Shown: positions 10,151-21,148 of the stretch, piece by piece
Position numbering within the stretch: position 1 is the stretch's first letter
Layout of the letters: the number at the start of each line of letters is the position of its first letter
Assembly (NCBI GenBank): GCA_965217775.1
Contig: CBDCJH010000002.1
Coordinates: 736,001 to 800,000, forward strand
DNA from: Acidobacteriota bacterium
Lineage (GTDB): Bacteria; Acidobacteriota; UBA6911; RPQK01; JAJDTT01
Direction of reading: 5' to 3'
DNA length: 64,000 nt
Made by a program: the position numbers and the translations under genes
The notes under the pieces: generated by a model
What the model saw: the letters and a program-made list of their open reading frames with translations, nothing else
Told to the model about the DNA's origin: nothing
The model's database searches: none

Positions 10151-11022
10151 GGTTCAGGGCTGTCCAAGAGCGAGCGCAGCACCTTCAGGTTCCTCCGGTC
10201 GGCCACCCCCTGGTTCTCCTTCGGGGTCTCCAGCAACTTTGGGACCTGGACCAGCCGGGGGTCGTTCAGAAACCAGCTGAACCCCGCCTTCCCGATATGG
10301 CCCTTTCCGATGTGCTCGTGCCGGTCCACCCGGCTTCCGAAAGCTCGCTTGCTGTCGTTGAAATGGAGGACTTCCAGTCTTTCCAGTCCCACCTTCTGAT
10401 CGAACTGGTCCATGACGCCGATGTAACCCTCCTCGGTTCTGATGTCGTAGCCGGCGGCGAAAACGTGGCACGTGTCCATGCAGACCACGACCTGCTCAGA
10501 AGAACCGCAACCCGCCAGGATGTCCCGCAGATGTTGGAAGCGGTGACCCAGCGTGCTCCCCTGGCCGGCGGTGGTCTCCAGGGCGACCTTGACCCGGTAG
10601 GAGGCTGTTGTCTCCAGGATCCGTTTCAGGGCCGCCGCGATCCGGTCGATGCCCCAGGCCTCGCCGGCCCCCACGTGGGCTCCCGGGTGGGTGACCAGAT
10701 GGCTCAGGCCCAGCCGTTCGCAGCGATCCATCTCATCCAGGAAGGCGGCGATGGACCGTTCCCAGAGTTCCTCTTTGGGCGACGCAAGATTGATCAGGTA
10801 GGAGTCGTGGGCCACCACCTGGCGGATCGGGGATTCGGCCCAGCGTTGCCGGAACTCGTGGACCTCCGGATCGAGCATGACCCGGCCCCGCCACTGGTTG
10901 TTGTTCTTGACGAAGATCTGGAGGACGTTGCAGCCGACGTCCAGGGCCCGGTCGAGGGACTTCGGAATGCCTCCCGCGATCGACATGTGGGCGCCCAGAA
11001 GGGCATCTTGTTGGTTCGGCAT
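10147..11022 (-). CDS. nfo: Endonuclease IV
   Basis: LGAHMSIAGG, HDSYLINLAS, HPG, LETTAGQG, DTCH, HFNDSK, DRHEHIG, LETP. Confidence 0.95.
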   Translation of the reverse strand: MPNQQDALLGAHMSIAGGIPKSLDRALDVGCNVLQIFVKNNNQWRGRVMLDPEVHEFRQRWAESPIRQVVAHDSYLINLASPKEELWERSIAAFLDEMDRCERLGLSHLVTHPGAHVGAGEAWGIDRIAAALKRILETTASYRVKVALETTAGQGSTLGHRFQHLRDILAGCGSSEQVVVCMDTCHVFAAGYDIRTEEGYIGVMDQFDQKVGLERLEVLHFNDSKRAFGSRVDRHEHIGKGHIGKAGFSWFLNDPRLVQVPKLLETPKENQGVADRRNLKVLRSLLDSPEP

Positions 11023-11180
11023 GTCTCTCAGGTTAACTGGGCGGAGGGCGGTGGGGAAGGTAGGAGGAACGATTTCTAGTCTCCCCCTCTCCCACGTTCC
11101 CTCCGGAATTCGGCGGTTGGAAACCGGCGCTCCAATTTGACCTGGAATGGACCGCATTGGAGAATAACCGGCTGTCGGCC

Positions 11181-11464
11181 ATGACCCTTGAAGAGATTTC
11201 CGACTATTGCCGGCTGCGGGATTGCCAAGTCTGGCTGGGGAGTTCCGATACCGGCTTCATCCTTGTCAGTTCGGGGGGCTTGGAACGCTCCAACAACTAT
11301 GGCCGGTTCCTCGCGTTGAGTGAGATGAGAGGCTTGCCATCCACCACGGAGGTGATTCGGCGGGCGGAGTTGTTTCGGGTGGACGGACCCGAAGAAACCC
11401 GCGAGTTGAACCGCGAGGCGTTCCTGCAGGAGTTGGAAGACCTGCTGCGGAAGGTGGGCCTGAG

Positions 11465-11468
<4 letters not shown>
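11181..11468 (+). CDS. Small hypothetical protein
   Basis: ORF whose stop overlaps the ubiD start (ATGA); start uncertain (11157 or 11181). Confidence 0.55.
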
Positions 11469-12934
<1,466 letters not shown>

Positions 12935-12952
12935 TTCTCCCTGCGGTGTCCG

Positions 12953-14380
12953 TCAGTTCGCCGGAATGGCGCCGCCGGTGCCGGCGTTACCTGGGTCGAC
13001 CATCATGGAATGCAAGGTTGCACCCGGATGCCGGCCCCGGAGTCGCCTCAGCGCGACGTTCGCTGAGGAGATCACGTCGGCATTTTCGCTCCGGGTCAGA
13101 GGCTCCACGACTTGCAGGGACGAGGCGTTGCCGCGCTGACCGATCACGTCCAGAAGGCGAATCTGAATGGCGGGTTGCCTGGTGTGGAGGGGGAGGAGGG
13201 GATGGAGCTTGGGAACCTCCTCCGGTTCCAGTTCCAGCAGGTAGAAGTAGGCTTGATCGGTATTGATCCGGTCCACCAGTTCGGGGAGATGCGCCTCAGC
13301 GCCCAGACGAAATAACGCGAAACTCGCGGCCAACAACACCTCGGGCTTTTCCTCCATCTGAAACATGTGCGCTAACGTGGGAACGAGGCTCGAGTCTCCG
13401 AGTCGGCCCAGGCCCTCAGCGCCGTATCGACGGAACGGCGTTCGCTCGTCCGTGATCGCCTCCAGAAGGATCGCCCGGGACCGGGGATCGGCAATGTAGG
13501 CGAGCGCCTCCAGGGTCTTTAGCCTCAGATCGTGGCTTCGGCTCACGGGGACCAGCCCGCCGAGTATTCTCTTCCGCTCCGTGACCCCGCTGTTGTAGAG
13601 TTCCGTCAGCGCCGGGACTGAGGATTCCACCTTCAGGCGTCCCAGAGCGAAGATGGCTTCGTCGTGGACCTTCTTGTCCGGGTCCCAGATCAGGGGAATC
13701 AGCGTGACGCCCGCTTCCGGATCTCCGATCTTGTAAATGGCGCGGATCATCTCCACCTTCACGCCGTTCTCCGGCTCCAGCTCCAAGGCTTCCTGGAGGG
13801 CCGGTAGGCCTCGATGGCCGCGAAGGATTCCCAGCGCATGGGCGGCGTTCCTGCGAATGTCCGCGTCCGCGGAGCCCAGCAAAGTGGCCAGGGTATCGAT
13901 CGCTTCCGGGCTGACGGAAACGTAAGGTTCCACGATCAGGGGGTTGTAGTCATCATTCGCGGGATTCACAAAATCGACGACGCGTTTCATCCCCTGGATG
14001 AAGCCGTCCGGAGTGGTCACATAAAGACTGACCAGTCCGCGAATCGCCATGAGTTGGGTCTGCTTCCTGGAATCGTGGCAGAGAGTCATCAGAGCCGGTA
14101 CAGCCCTGATATCGCCGATCTTGACCAGAGCCCGGGCCAGCGCCATCCGGAGCAGGTCATCCGGATCCTTGACCAGCCTCGACAGTTCTGGGACAGCCCG
14201 CCGAATCCGATGCTTTCCCAGCGCCACGACGGCCGTCTTTCTTCGGTCCAACTCCGGGTGCCTCAGGTCGAAGATGAGTCCATTGACATCCCGCAATTCC
14301 TCTTGGCCGTGCAAGTCGGGCGCGGCAGTCAGGAGCAAGGTTGCAATCAGAGCTACGGTCAGGGCTCGGTTGAAGGACAT
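12953..14380 (-). CDS. Exported HEAT-repeat protein
   Basis: Signal peptide MSFNRALTVALIATLLL after a GGAGG RBS; repeated A..ALG...AVP.L..L..D.D units. Confidence 0.85.
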   Translation of the reverse strand: MSFNRALTVALIATLLLTAAPDLHGQEELRDVNGLIFDLRHPELDRRKTAVVALGKHRIRRAVPELSRLVKDPDDLLRMALARALVKIGDIRAVPALMTLCHDSRKQTQLMAIRGLVSLYVTTPDGFIQGMKRVVDFVNPANDDYNPLIVEPYVSVSPEAIDTLATLLGSADADIRRNAAHALGILRGHRGLPALQEALELEPENGVKVEMIRAIYKIGDPEAGVTLIPLIWDPDKKVHDEAIFALGRLKVESSVPALTELYNSGVTERKRILGGLVPVSRSHDLRLKTLEALAYIADPRSRAILLEAITDERTPFRRYGAEGLGRLGDSSLVPTLAHMFQMEEKPEVLLAASFALFRLGAEAHLPELVDRINTDQAYFYLLELEPEEVPKLHPLLPLHTRQPAIQIRLLDVIGQRGNASSLQVVEPLTRSENADVISSANVALRRLRGRHPGATLHSMMVDPGNAGTGGAIPAN

Positions 14381-14680
14381 GGCTCGTTCCTCCAAAAATT
14401 CAGTCGCGGTTTCGACCCGAATGGGTTCCACCATGGTCAAAGCGACAATCCACCACAATACCCAGGTCAAGGTATCAGGCGGGTCTGACCTGTCGGGAAA
14501 GGAAAGAGGAAAAGAGAAAAAAGGAAAGAGAGAAGAAGAGGTGGCGAAGGTCGCCTCTTCTGATGGCTGGACCTCGCTCGATGCAGGTTGTGCATTCGGG
14601 ACGGAGGGGTGCCGCGGGAAGCGAATGCGGCAGCGAGACTTGCTGCTTGTTGTTAGAGTGCTTCTGACTCGGTGGTCTGA

Positions 14681-15589
14681 ATGCGTTTCCAGGTGCTGAT
14701 ATCGATTGAGATGGTGGCGGTTGCCTGGTTGGTGGTGGGTTCTCCTCTCGTTTCCGCCGCTGGTCAGGAGGGTCCGGCCGAGGTGGAGCGGTTGTTTCTG
14801 GCAGACGAGGCCGGTGCTGGGGATTTCCGGGCGGTGGCTTCGTTTCCCGAATTGCTGGATCGCCGGCCGGTGCAGATAAAGGTCTTCCGGTCCCTGGCCT
14901 CCAAGGATCCCGAAATCTTCCGGGCGGCGGTCGGACTGTGTCTCGAGGCGCCGCGACTGGAATCTTTCGCCATGATCCGGAGGCGGTTGAGTCTGGCATT
15001 CCGCAGTCAGGATGCGTGGAAGCGCAAAGCGATTCTGCAGTTGGCCCGGGACGAACCGGGGCGATTGCGGGATCTCCGTTTCGTGAGTCTCTTGAGCGAG
15101 GCGTTGAGGGACCCGGACCCCGCTCTGGCTGAGTTGGCGCTCGCACTGATTCGAAGCCGGCCTGAACTGCGCGACCTCCCGGCGATCTCAGAAGGCCTGA
15201 CCCAGCTCCCGGGAGAAGGTCCGGCTACGGATCCGGCGCTTCCTTCCCTCCAAGTCTTTCGGGACCGCGTCTTGCCCCTGCTGCAGACAGTGGGAGCCGA
15301 CGACAAGTCCTGCTTCGACTGTCACAAGTCTCACGTCATCTTCCGCCTGGAGCCGGCTCAGGAACGGGCCGGACCGGAAGACGTCCAGGGTTACTATCGT
15401 TCGGCACTGCGGGTCATTGACCTGAAGCGGCCGGAGCAGAGCCTGATGTTGCTGAAGCCCACCCGGGAGCAGCCTCCCCAAGGAACCCGGGCGTCCGGCT
15501 CTGACCAACATGGCGGAGGTGTTCGATGGAATCGGGAGTCCGCGTCCTTCCGAACGATATTGGAATGGGTCCAAACGGGCGGCGACTGA
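14681..15589 (+). CDS. Exported hypothetical protein with HEAT-like region and c-type heme motif
   Basis: Signal peptide; CFDCH; SLMLLKPT...HGGG. Confidence 0.7.
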   Translation: MRFQVLISIEMVAVAWLVVGSPLVSAAGQEGPAEVERLFLADEAGAGDFRAVASFPELLDRRPVQIKVFRSLASKDPEIFRAAVGLCLEAPRLESFAMIRRRLSLAFRSQDAWKRKAILQLARDEPGRLRDLRFVSLLSEALRDPDPALAELALALIRSRPELRDLPAISEGLTQLPGEGPATDPALPSLQVFRDRVLPLLQTVGADDKSCFDCHKSHVIFRLEPAQERAGPEDVQGYYRSALRVIDLKRPEQSLMLLKPTREQPPQGTRASGSDQHGGGVRWNRESASFRTILEWVQTGGD

Positions 15590-15599
15590 GCAGGGGAGA

Positions 15600-16673
15600 T
15601 CAGTCGAATCGGACCAGGGAGATCTCCAGTCGCCGCGTGTTGGATTCGGGCCGGTCCCATTGAACCAGGATGGGGCTCTGGTAGGTTCCGTGGACGATGG
15701 AGCCATGGCCGTTGCCGTTGGCATGGGCGTTGGAGACCAACAGGATCAATGAGCGCTCCATGCCCAGGAAGTGGTCGGCGGGCGCCCTGACGAATCTTTG
15801 CAGCAGCCGTTCGAAGACCGACTCGCTCAACCCCAGCGCGTCCACGGTCTGATTGAGAATCTGGACCAGATCGTATTTGGCGTAATCCCTGGCCCTGCCC
15901 GGAATTGCCCTCGGGTTGCCCAACATCTGCCGGCCGCTCTTCGCCATGAAATGCAGGGGATTCCTCAGGACCCTGGCCAGATCGTGTTTCATCAGCAGGG
16001 TCTCGTACTCGTTCACGGTGAGGCCCGCATTCCGTTCGTCCGGCGCCAGTGAGATATCGATGCGCCCCCGGTCGACACCGTGGGTCCGGATCAGTTCTTG
16101 CACCCGGGTGAAGAATCCAAGTCTGGGATCCATCAGGTTGATGGAATCGATGGGGTGCCGGGACACCGGGACCGGAAGGTCCACACGATCGACCACCTGT
16201 TCCTCATTGAATGCCATCACGGTGGTCCGGCGCCGGCGCCGGATGTCGTTCCAGATGCCGTCCAGGTCCACGAAATAGACGGGGGTATCGGGATTGTTCT
16301 CGTACGTCGCGCAATTGGTGAGGCCGGAACTCATGAAGGTGAGGTGGGAGTCGGCATTGTGGGGCTCCGTGACCTTCTGCTCCTGGCTCAATTCGGTGCG
16401 AAGATCCATCTGGTCGTGGCGGTATCCCCGCCGGGAAGGGAAGAGCGTCTGGAACATCTGCACGAAATTGCGAAGGGCCTCGCCGCTGTGATTCAACTGG
16501 GCCGAGAGCTTCTCACCGAAGTAGCCGGCCGTGGTGTGGTAGGAGTAGAAGACCGACTTGGAATACTTGGAAAACCGGGAGTGGATCCGATCCGGAATCC
16601 GCTCGCGGACGTTGATCACGTCCACCCGGGATTCGGGCTCGATCTCCAGCGTGACCTCAGTTTCCAACGACAT
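15600..16673 (-). CDS. Hypothetical protein, probably tandem YjbQ/UPF0047-like domains
   Basis: YHTTAG, HNADSH, FVDLDG...RRR in the first half; AGLTVNE, GTYQS...RRLEI in the second half. Confidence 0.6.
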   Translation of the reverse strand: MSLETEVTLEIEPESRVDVINVRERIPDRIHSRFSKYSKSVFYSYHTTAGYFGEKLSAQLNHSGEALRNFVQMFQTLFPSRRGYRHDQMDLRTELSQEQKVTEPHNADSHLTFMSSGLTNCATYENNPDTPVYFVDLDGIWNDIRRRRRTTVMAFNEEQVVDRVDLPVPVSRHPIDSINLMDPRLGFFTRVQELIRTHGVDRGRIDISLAPDERNAGLTVNEYETLLMKHDLARVLRNPLHFMAKSGRQMLGNPRAIPGRARDYAKYDLVQILNQTVDALGLSESVFERLLQRFVRAPADHFLGMERSLILLVSNAHANGNGHGSIVHGTYQSPILVQWDRPESNTRRLEISLVRFD

Positions 16674-16877
16674 GGCTCGGCTCCCTACGGATTAGCGTAG
16701 CGGGAACGCCATTTAAGAGGGCATGATATTGAACCGGTCGCGTTTCAGTCAAACCAATCCCAGGCGAACGAAGTGTTTGGGGGCCCATTCCGATTTCTGG
16801 CACGGCCCCCGAAAACCCTCCGTTGCCTTCGGAATCGACCGCCGGAAAGGTGACGACGCGATTTTCGGCGAAGGGCG

Positions 16878-18122
16878 TCAGGGAACCGCTTCGCCTCGGA
16901 CCAGATCCTCGAGCGTTTCTCTGGCCCGGATCTCTCTCCACTCATCTCCATCCACCAGGATCTCGGCAGCCCGCCTCCTGGAATTATAGTTGGAAGATAA
17001 GACAAATCCGTAGGCGCCTGCGCTCATCACCGTCAGGAGGTCTCCCGGGTGGGCGTCGGGAACGCGCTGGCTGCGGGCCAGGAAATCGCCGCTCTCGCAG
17101 ACCGGCCCGACCACGTCGGCCGTGATCCAGGATCGATCCGCCTGTACCGGAAAAATCTGGTGGTGGGCGCCGTAGAGGCTGGGGCGAAGGAGGTCGTTCA
17201 TGGCGGCGTCCACCACCAGGAAGACCTTGCCGCGATTGGTCTTCCGGTAGAGGACACGAGTCAGCAGGACGCCGGCGTTTCCGACGAGATACCGGCCGGG
17301 CTCCATGACGATGCGGTAGCCTTCCCCATGGTGAGCCAAAGCCTCGGCGTACCGTTGTAGATCAGGGCCCGTTTCGCCTTCGTAGGAAATTCCCAGGCCG
17401 CCGCCCAGATCCAGATGTTCCAGTGGAAACCCCCGGTTCCGGATCCGATCAGCGCATTCCCTCAGTCTGTCGAACGCGTCCAGAAACGGCTGGACGTCCA
17501 AGATCTGGGAACCGATGTGGTATCCGAGGCCCACAAGCCGGATTTCGGCGGAGTCCTCGATGATCTTCAACAGGTCGTCGATCTGACCGGCCTCGACCCC
17601 GAACTTGTGTTGGTGCAGACCGGTGGCGATGTAGGGGTGGGTCCCGGCGTCCACGTCCGGATTGATTCTGATGGCCACGCGGGCTTCGCGGCCCATCCTC
17701 CGGCTGATCCGGGCAAGGGTCTCCAGCTCCTGCCGGGACTCGACATTGATGCTGAAGAGCCCCCATTCCAGGGCCATCTCCATCTCCGGGACCGTTTTCC
17801 CGACGCCGCTGAAGACGATGCTCCCGGGGTCGGCGCCGATCTGCTGCAGCCGAAAGAGTTCTCCTCCCGATACCACGTCGAAACCGCTGCCCTCCTCCTG
17901 CAGTATCCTCAGCAGGGAGAGGTTGTCGTTAGCCTTCAGGGAGTAGCAGATCAAGGGATCCACGGCGGCAAAAGCGCTTTCCAGCCGGTGGTAGCGGTCA
18001 CGAATGGCACGCCGGCTGTAGACATAGCTTGGCGTTCCCGCCTGCCGGGCGATTTGCGTCAGGGGAGTTCCTTCGCAGCTGAGCTCCCCGCCGTCATAGA
18101 GAAAGGCGTCGAATCCGGTCAC
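16878..18122 (-). CDS. lysA: Diaminopimelate decarboxylase
   Basis: YSLKAN, DVVSGGE, HIGSQ, LDLGGG, EPGR, GPVCESGD, GAYG...SNYN. Confidence 0.95.
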   Translation of the reverse strand: MTGFDAFLYDGGELSCEGTPLTQIARQAGTPSYVYSRRAIRDRYHRLESAFAAVDPLICYSLKANDNLSLLRILQEEGSGFDVVSGGELFRLQQIGADPGSIVFSGVGKTVPEMEMALEWGLFSINVESRQELETLARISRRMGREARVAIRINPDVDAGTHPYIATGLHQHKFGVEAGQIDDLLKIIEDSAEIRLVGLGYHIGSQILDVQPFLDAFDRLRECADRIRNRGFPLEHLDLGGGLGISYEGETGPDLQRYAEALAHHGEGYRIVMEPGRYLVGNAGVLLTRVLYRKTNRGKVFLVVDAAMNDLLRPSLYGAHHQIFPVQADRSWITADVVGPVCESGDFLARSQRVPDAHPGDLLTVMSAGAYGFVLSSNYNSRRRAAEILVDGDEWREIRARETLEDLVRGEAVP

Positions 18123-18143
18123 GGCGGGATAGTAGCAGAATCT

Positions 18144-18198
18144 GTAGGGGCACCCCTTGTGTGTTTGGTGCCCTCTTCCCCTTGTGGGTGCCCTCTTC
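18144..18198 (+). repeat. GTAG-type REP-like palindrome with internal duplication
   Basis: gtaggggcaccccttgtg...ggtgccctcttc; related to 26251-26278 (reverse) and 44903-44985. Confidence 0.6.
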
Positions 18199-18277
18199 TA
18201 TCATTCCACTCTCCTCAAAAAAGCTGCGAACCATGGTTCGCTTTCATTCGTGCTGTTAGTCTCGTTTTGGGATAGTC

Positions 18278-21058
18278 ATGCAGTTGAAGTTTGGTTCGTG
18301 GCGCACGTTGGCAATGATGGCGGCGTTGTTTCTCGCCGTGGCGGACACCGGCGGCGGGCTTTGGGCCCGAGTGTGGCGTCATGAGGGTTTTCAGGCCTTT
18401 TCCCAGGGGTCTTTCGAGGACTCCGGATCCAATATTTACGTGTCCCGGCGGGGCAGGATCCAGTTGATCAACCGGTTGGATCTGAACCGGGACGGTCACA
18501 TCGATCTGTTCGTGGCCAACGGCCACGGACACAGTGAAGACGAAGACGCCTACGTCTACCTGAACAACGGCGAGACCATCGATCCTCTCCACCGGATCGC
18601 TCTGCCTACTGACGGAGCCGTCGAGGGATTGGTGGCCGACTTGGACCGGGACGGCGTCAGCGACGTCGTGGTGGTCAATGGGACGGGCGGTACCACCAGC
18701 AAGTCCGAGAGCTTCATCTACTACGGGGCCGAGGGACGGTTCCCCGTGTCCAAGCGCCGGCAACTGAGGTCGTGGGCCGGGAAGGAAGCCGCCGTCGGGG
18801 ACTGGAACCGGGATGGGTGGCCGGATCTGGCCTTCGCTTGCGCCAATCCGGGTCGAGAGGCACAGGCAAGCTATTCGGTCGTCTATTGGAATTCGGACCA
18901 TGGTTTCGATCCGGATCGTCGGACTTTGCTCCCCGGCCCCGGGACGGCGGTCCTGGCCGCCGACTTGGCCGGAGACGAAGCGCTCGATCTGGTTCTGGCT
19001 GCTGGATCCAATGTCTTCGTCTACGCGGCGGGGGAGGACGGGTTGGACCTGGAGAAGCCGCTGGTCCTGGATCTGGAGGCGCGGCATCTGGGTGCGGGGG
19101 ATCTGGATCGAGACGGAAGGATCGAGCTGGTTGCCGCCGTCGAATCGGGGGTTCAGGTTCGGGCGGCGGCTGCGGACGGATTTAAGGTCTTGCAGCGGCT
19201 GCCGGTGGAGAACCCTTGGCAGTTGGTGGTTCAGGATCTCAACCGCGACGGACTCCCGGATCTGGCCGTGACCTCTTCCGACCGCGGCGGGAACGGGTAC
19301 ACCGACTCCCTGGTCTTCTGGAACCGGGATGGACGGTTGTCCGAGACCGACCCGACCGCACTGGCAACGGTCCATGCCCGGGGGATCAGCGCCGGAGACC
19401 TGGATGGGGACGGCTGGCCCGAACTGGTAGTGAGCAACAATCATTCCTTCAACGACCTGAACGTCCAGTCCTTCGTCTTCTGGAACCGGGAAGGGAAGTT
19501 CCTCCCGGCGCACAAGTCCATGCTGGACACTCGGAGCGCCCACGGCAACGGCATCGGCGACGTGGACAACGACGGGCGCCCGGACGTGATCTTTTTCAAC
19601 CTGGAAGGGGGGCTCCGGACCGGCTACAACCCAAACTTCATTTACTGGGGCGACGGGACGCGCGACTACTCGACCCAGCGCCGCAGCCAACTGTGGGCGG
19701 GCTATACGGTGGGCACCGCCCAGGCCGATCTGGACGACGACGGCTGGGTGGACCTGGTGTCGGCTGAGGCTCGCTACGCACTGGGCCGGCCGGTGACCCT
19801 CAACGGGGTCTACGTCTGGTATGGGGGAGCCGGCGGCTACGATCCACGACGCCGTACCGTGCTCTCGGTGGAGGACCCGGAAATGGGGGCGGTCACTGTC
19901 GACCTGAACCGGGACGGCTATCTGGATCTGGTGATCGGCGCTGCCGAGCGGGATGCAGACGGTCACCGTGGCTATGTCATCCTCTACGGTGCGGAGAACG
20001 GATTCTCTCCCGCCAGACGCGAGGTGATTCCCATCGGTGGACTGGGTTTTCCCCCGGTGGTGGCCGATTGGAACCGCGACGGGTATCTGGACTTGGCGGG
20101 GGGCTCCGCCAAGCAGGGCCTGCACCTGGTCTACGGTTCGGAGGAAGGGTTTCGAGAGAACCATCAGCGGTTGATTGCCAAAGGAAGGATCCCCTATCTG
20201 GAAGCCGCCGACTTCAACTCGGACGGTTGGTTGGACCTGGTGGCGCCGGTCAACGACTATCCCCGGAACAAGGAAGGCGAGATCCGGATCTACTACGGAT
20301 CCGGGGACGGGTTCCAATTGAGAGAAGGCCGGCCGCTCCGGCACATGTCGGCCCTGGACCCCAGCGTGGCCGACTTCGACCGGGACGGATTCCTGGACCT
20401 GTTCGTGCCCAACTACTCCAGCAACACAGCCAGGAGCATTCCGTGCTTCCTCTACTGGGGAAGCGCCTCCGGTTTCGATCCGAACCGCCGCCTCGACCTG
20501 CCCGGGGACTCCGGGACCGCCTCCCTGGCCGCCGATTTCGATGGCGACGGCTGGACCGACATCTTTCTGCTCAACCACAAGCGGGACGGCAGCCTGCAAC
20601 GCCCCGGGGATCCCATCCAACACACGACGCCGTCGGTCCTCTATTGGAACGGGCCGGACGGGTTTTCCCCGCGGAAACGGACCTGGCTTCCCACCGTCGG
20701 GCCCCACGGCCAGATGATTCGGGACCCGGGCAACATCTACACGCGGGAATTGGCCGAGACCTATGTCTCTCCGCCGCACCGATTCGGGCCGGGCGTCCGT
20801 CCCGTCTCCATCGGATGGGATGCGGAGACTCCCTTGGGAACCACGATCGCGCTCCAGATTCGAACTGCCGAGAGCAAGAAATCCTTACAGGAGGCAGCCT
20901 GGAGGGGTTCCTCCGGTCCAGGCACGTGGATCCTGAAGCCGGGTCCGATTTCGGTCGGCGGGTCTTCCGGCTCCTGGATCCAATACCGGGCTCGGCTCGC
21001 GAGTCCCAATGGCGGAGCCAGCCCCGTTCTGACCCGGGTCGAGGTCAGGTTCCGATAG
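18278..21058 (+). CDS. Secreted FG-GAP/VCBS-repeat protein
   Basis: Signal peptide; more than 10 D(L/F/W)(D/N)xDGxxD(L/I) repeats. Confidence 0.9.
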   Translation: MQLKFGSWRTLAMMAALFLAVADTGGGLWARVWRHEGFQAFSQGSFEDSGSNIYVSRRGRIQLINRLDLNRDGHIDLFVANGHGHSEDEDAYVYLNNGETIDPLHRIALPTDGAVEGLVADLDRDGVSDVVVVNGTGGTTSKSESFIYYGAEGRFPVSKRRQLRSWAGKEAAVGDWNRDGWPDLAFACANPGREAQASYSVVYWNSDHGFDPDRRTLLPGPGTAVLAADLAGDEALDLVLAAGSNVFVYAAGEDGLDLEKPLVLDLEARHLGAGDLDRDGRIELVAAVESGVQVRAAAADGFKVLQRLPVENPWQLVVQDLNRDGLPDLAVTSSDRGGNGYTDSLVFWNRDGRLSETDPTALATVHARGISAGDLDGDGWPELVVSNNHSFNDLNVQSFVFWNREGKFLPAHKSMLDTRSAHGNGIGDVDNDGRPDVIFFNLEGGLRTGYNPNFIYWGDGTRDYSTQRRSQLWAGYTVGTAQADLDDDGWVDLVSAEARYALGRPVTLNGVYVWYGGAGGYDPRRRTVLSVEDPEMGAVTVDLNRDGYLDLVIGAAERDADGHRGYVILYGAENGFSPARREVIPIGGLGFPPVVADWNRDGYLDLAGGSAKQGLHLVYGSEEGFRENHQRLIAKGRIPYLEAADFNSDGWLDLVAPVNDYPRNKEGEIRIYYGSGDGFQLREGRPLRHMSALDPSVADFDRDGFLDLFVPNYSSNTARSIPCFLYWGSASGFDPNRRLDLPGDSGTASLAADFDGDGWTDIFLLNHKRDGSLQRPGDPIQHTTPSVLYWNGPDGFSPRKRTWLPTVGPHGQMIRDPGNIYTRELAETYVSPPHRFGPGVRPVSIGWDAETPLGTTIALQIRTAESKKSLQEAAWRGSSGPGTWILKPGPISVGGSSGSWIQYRARLASPNGGASPVLTRVEVRFR

Positions 21059-21148
21059 CGGCAGGTGTTGCGGACGGGGACGGGGAGTCGTAATCTCACC
21101 CGCAGGTCAGGGAGGCCGGTTCCAGGAATAAATACGGCGAGCGGTGTG

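Noticed and set aside
16775-16816. Hairpin tttgggggccc...ggcccccgaaa downstream of lysA
   Set aside because: Single copy; cannot distinguish terminator from degenerate repeat, and no lysine riboswitch is evident.
18215-20779. 854-aa minus-strand ORF and similar long antisense ORFs (e.g. 48045-49865, 50071-51606, 32003-33538)
   Set aside because: Shadow ORFs opposite well-supported genes in high-GC DNA; no motifs.
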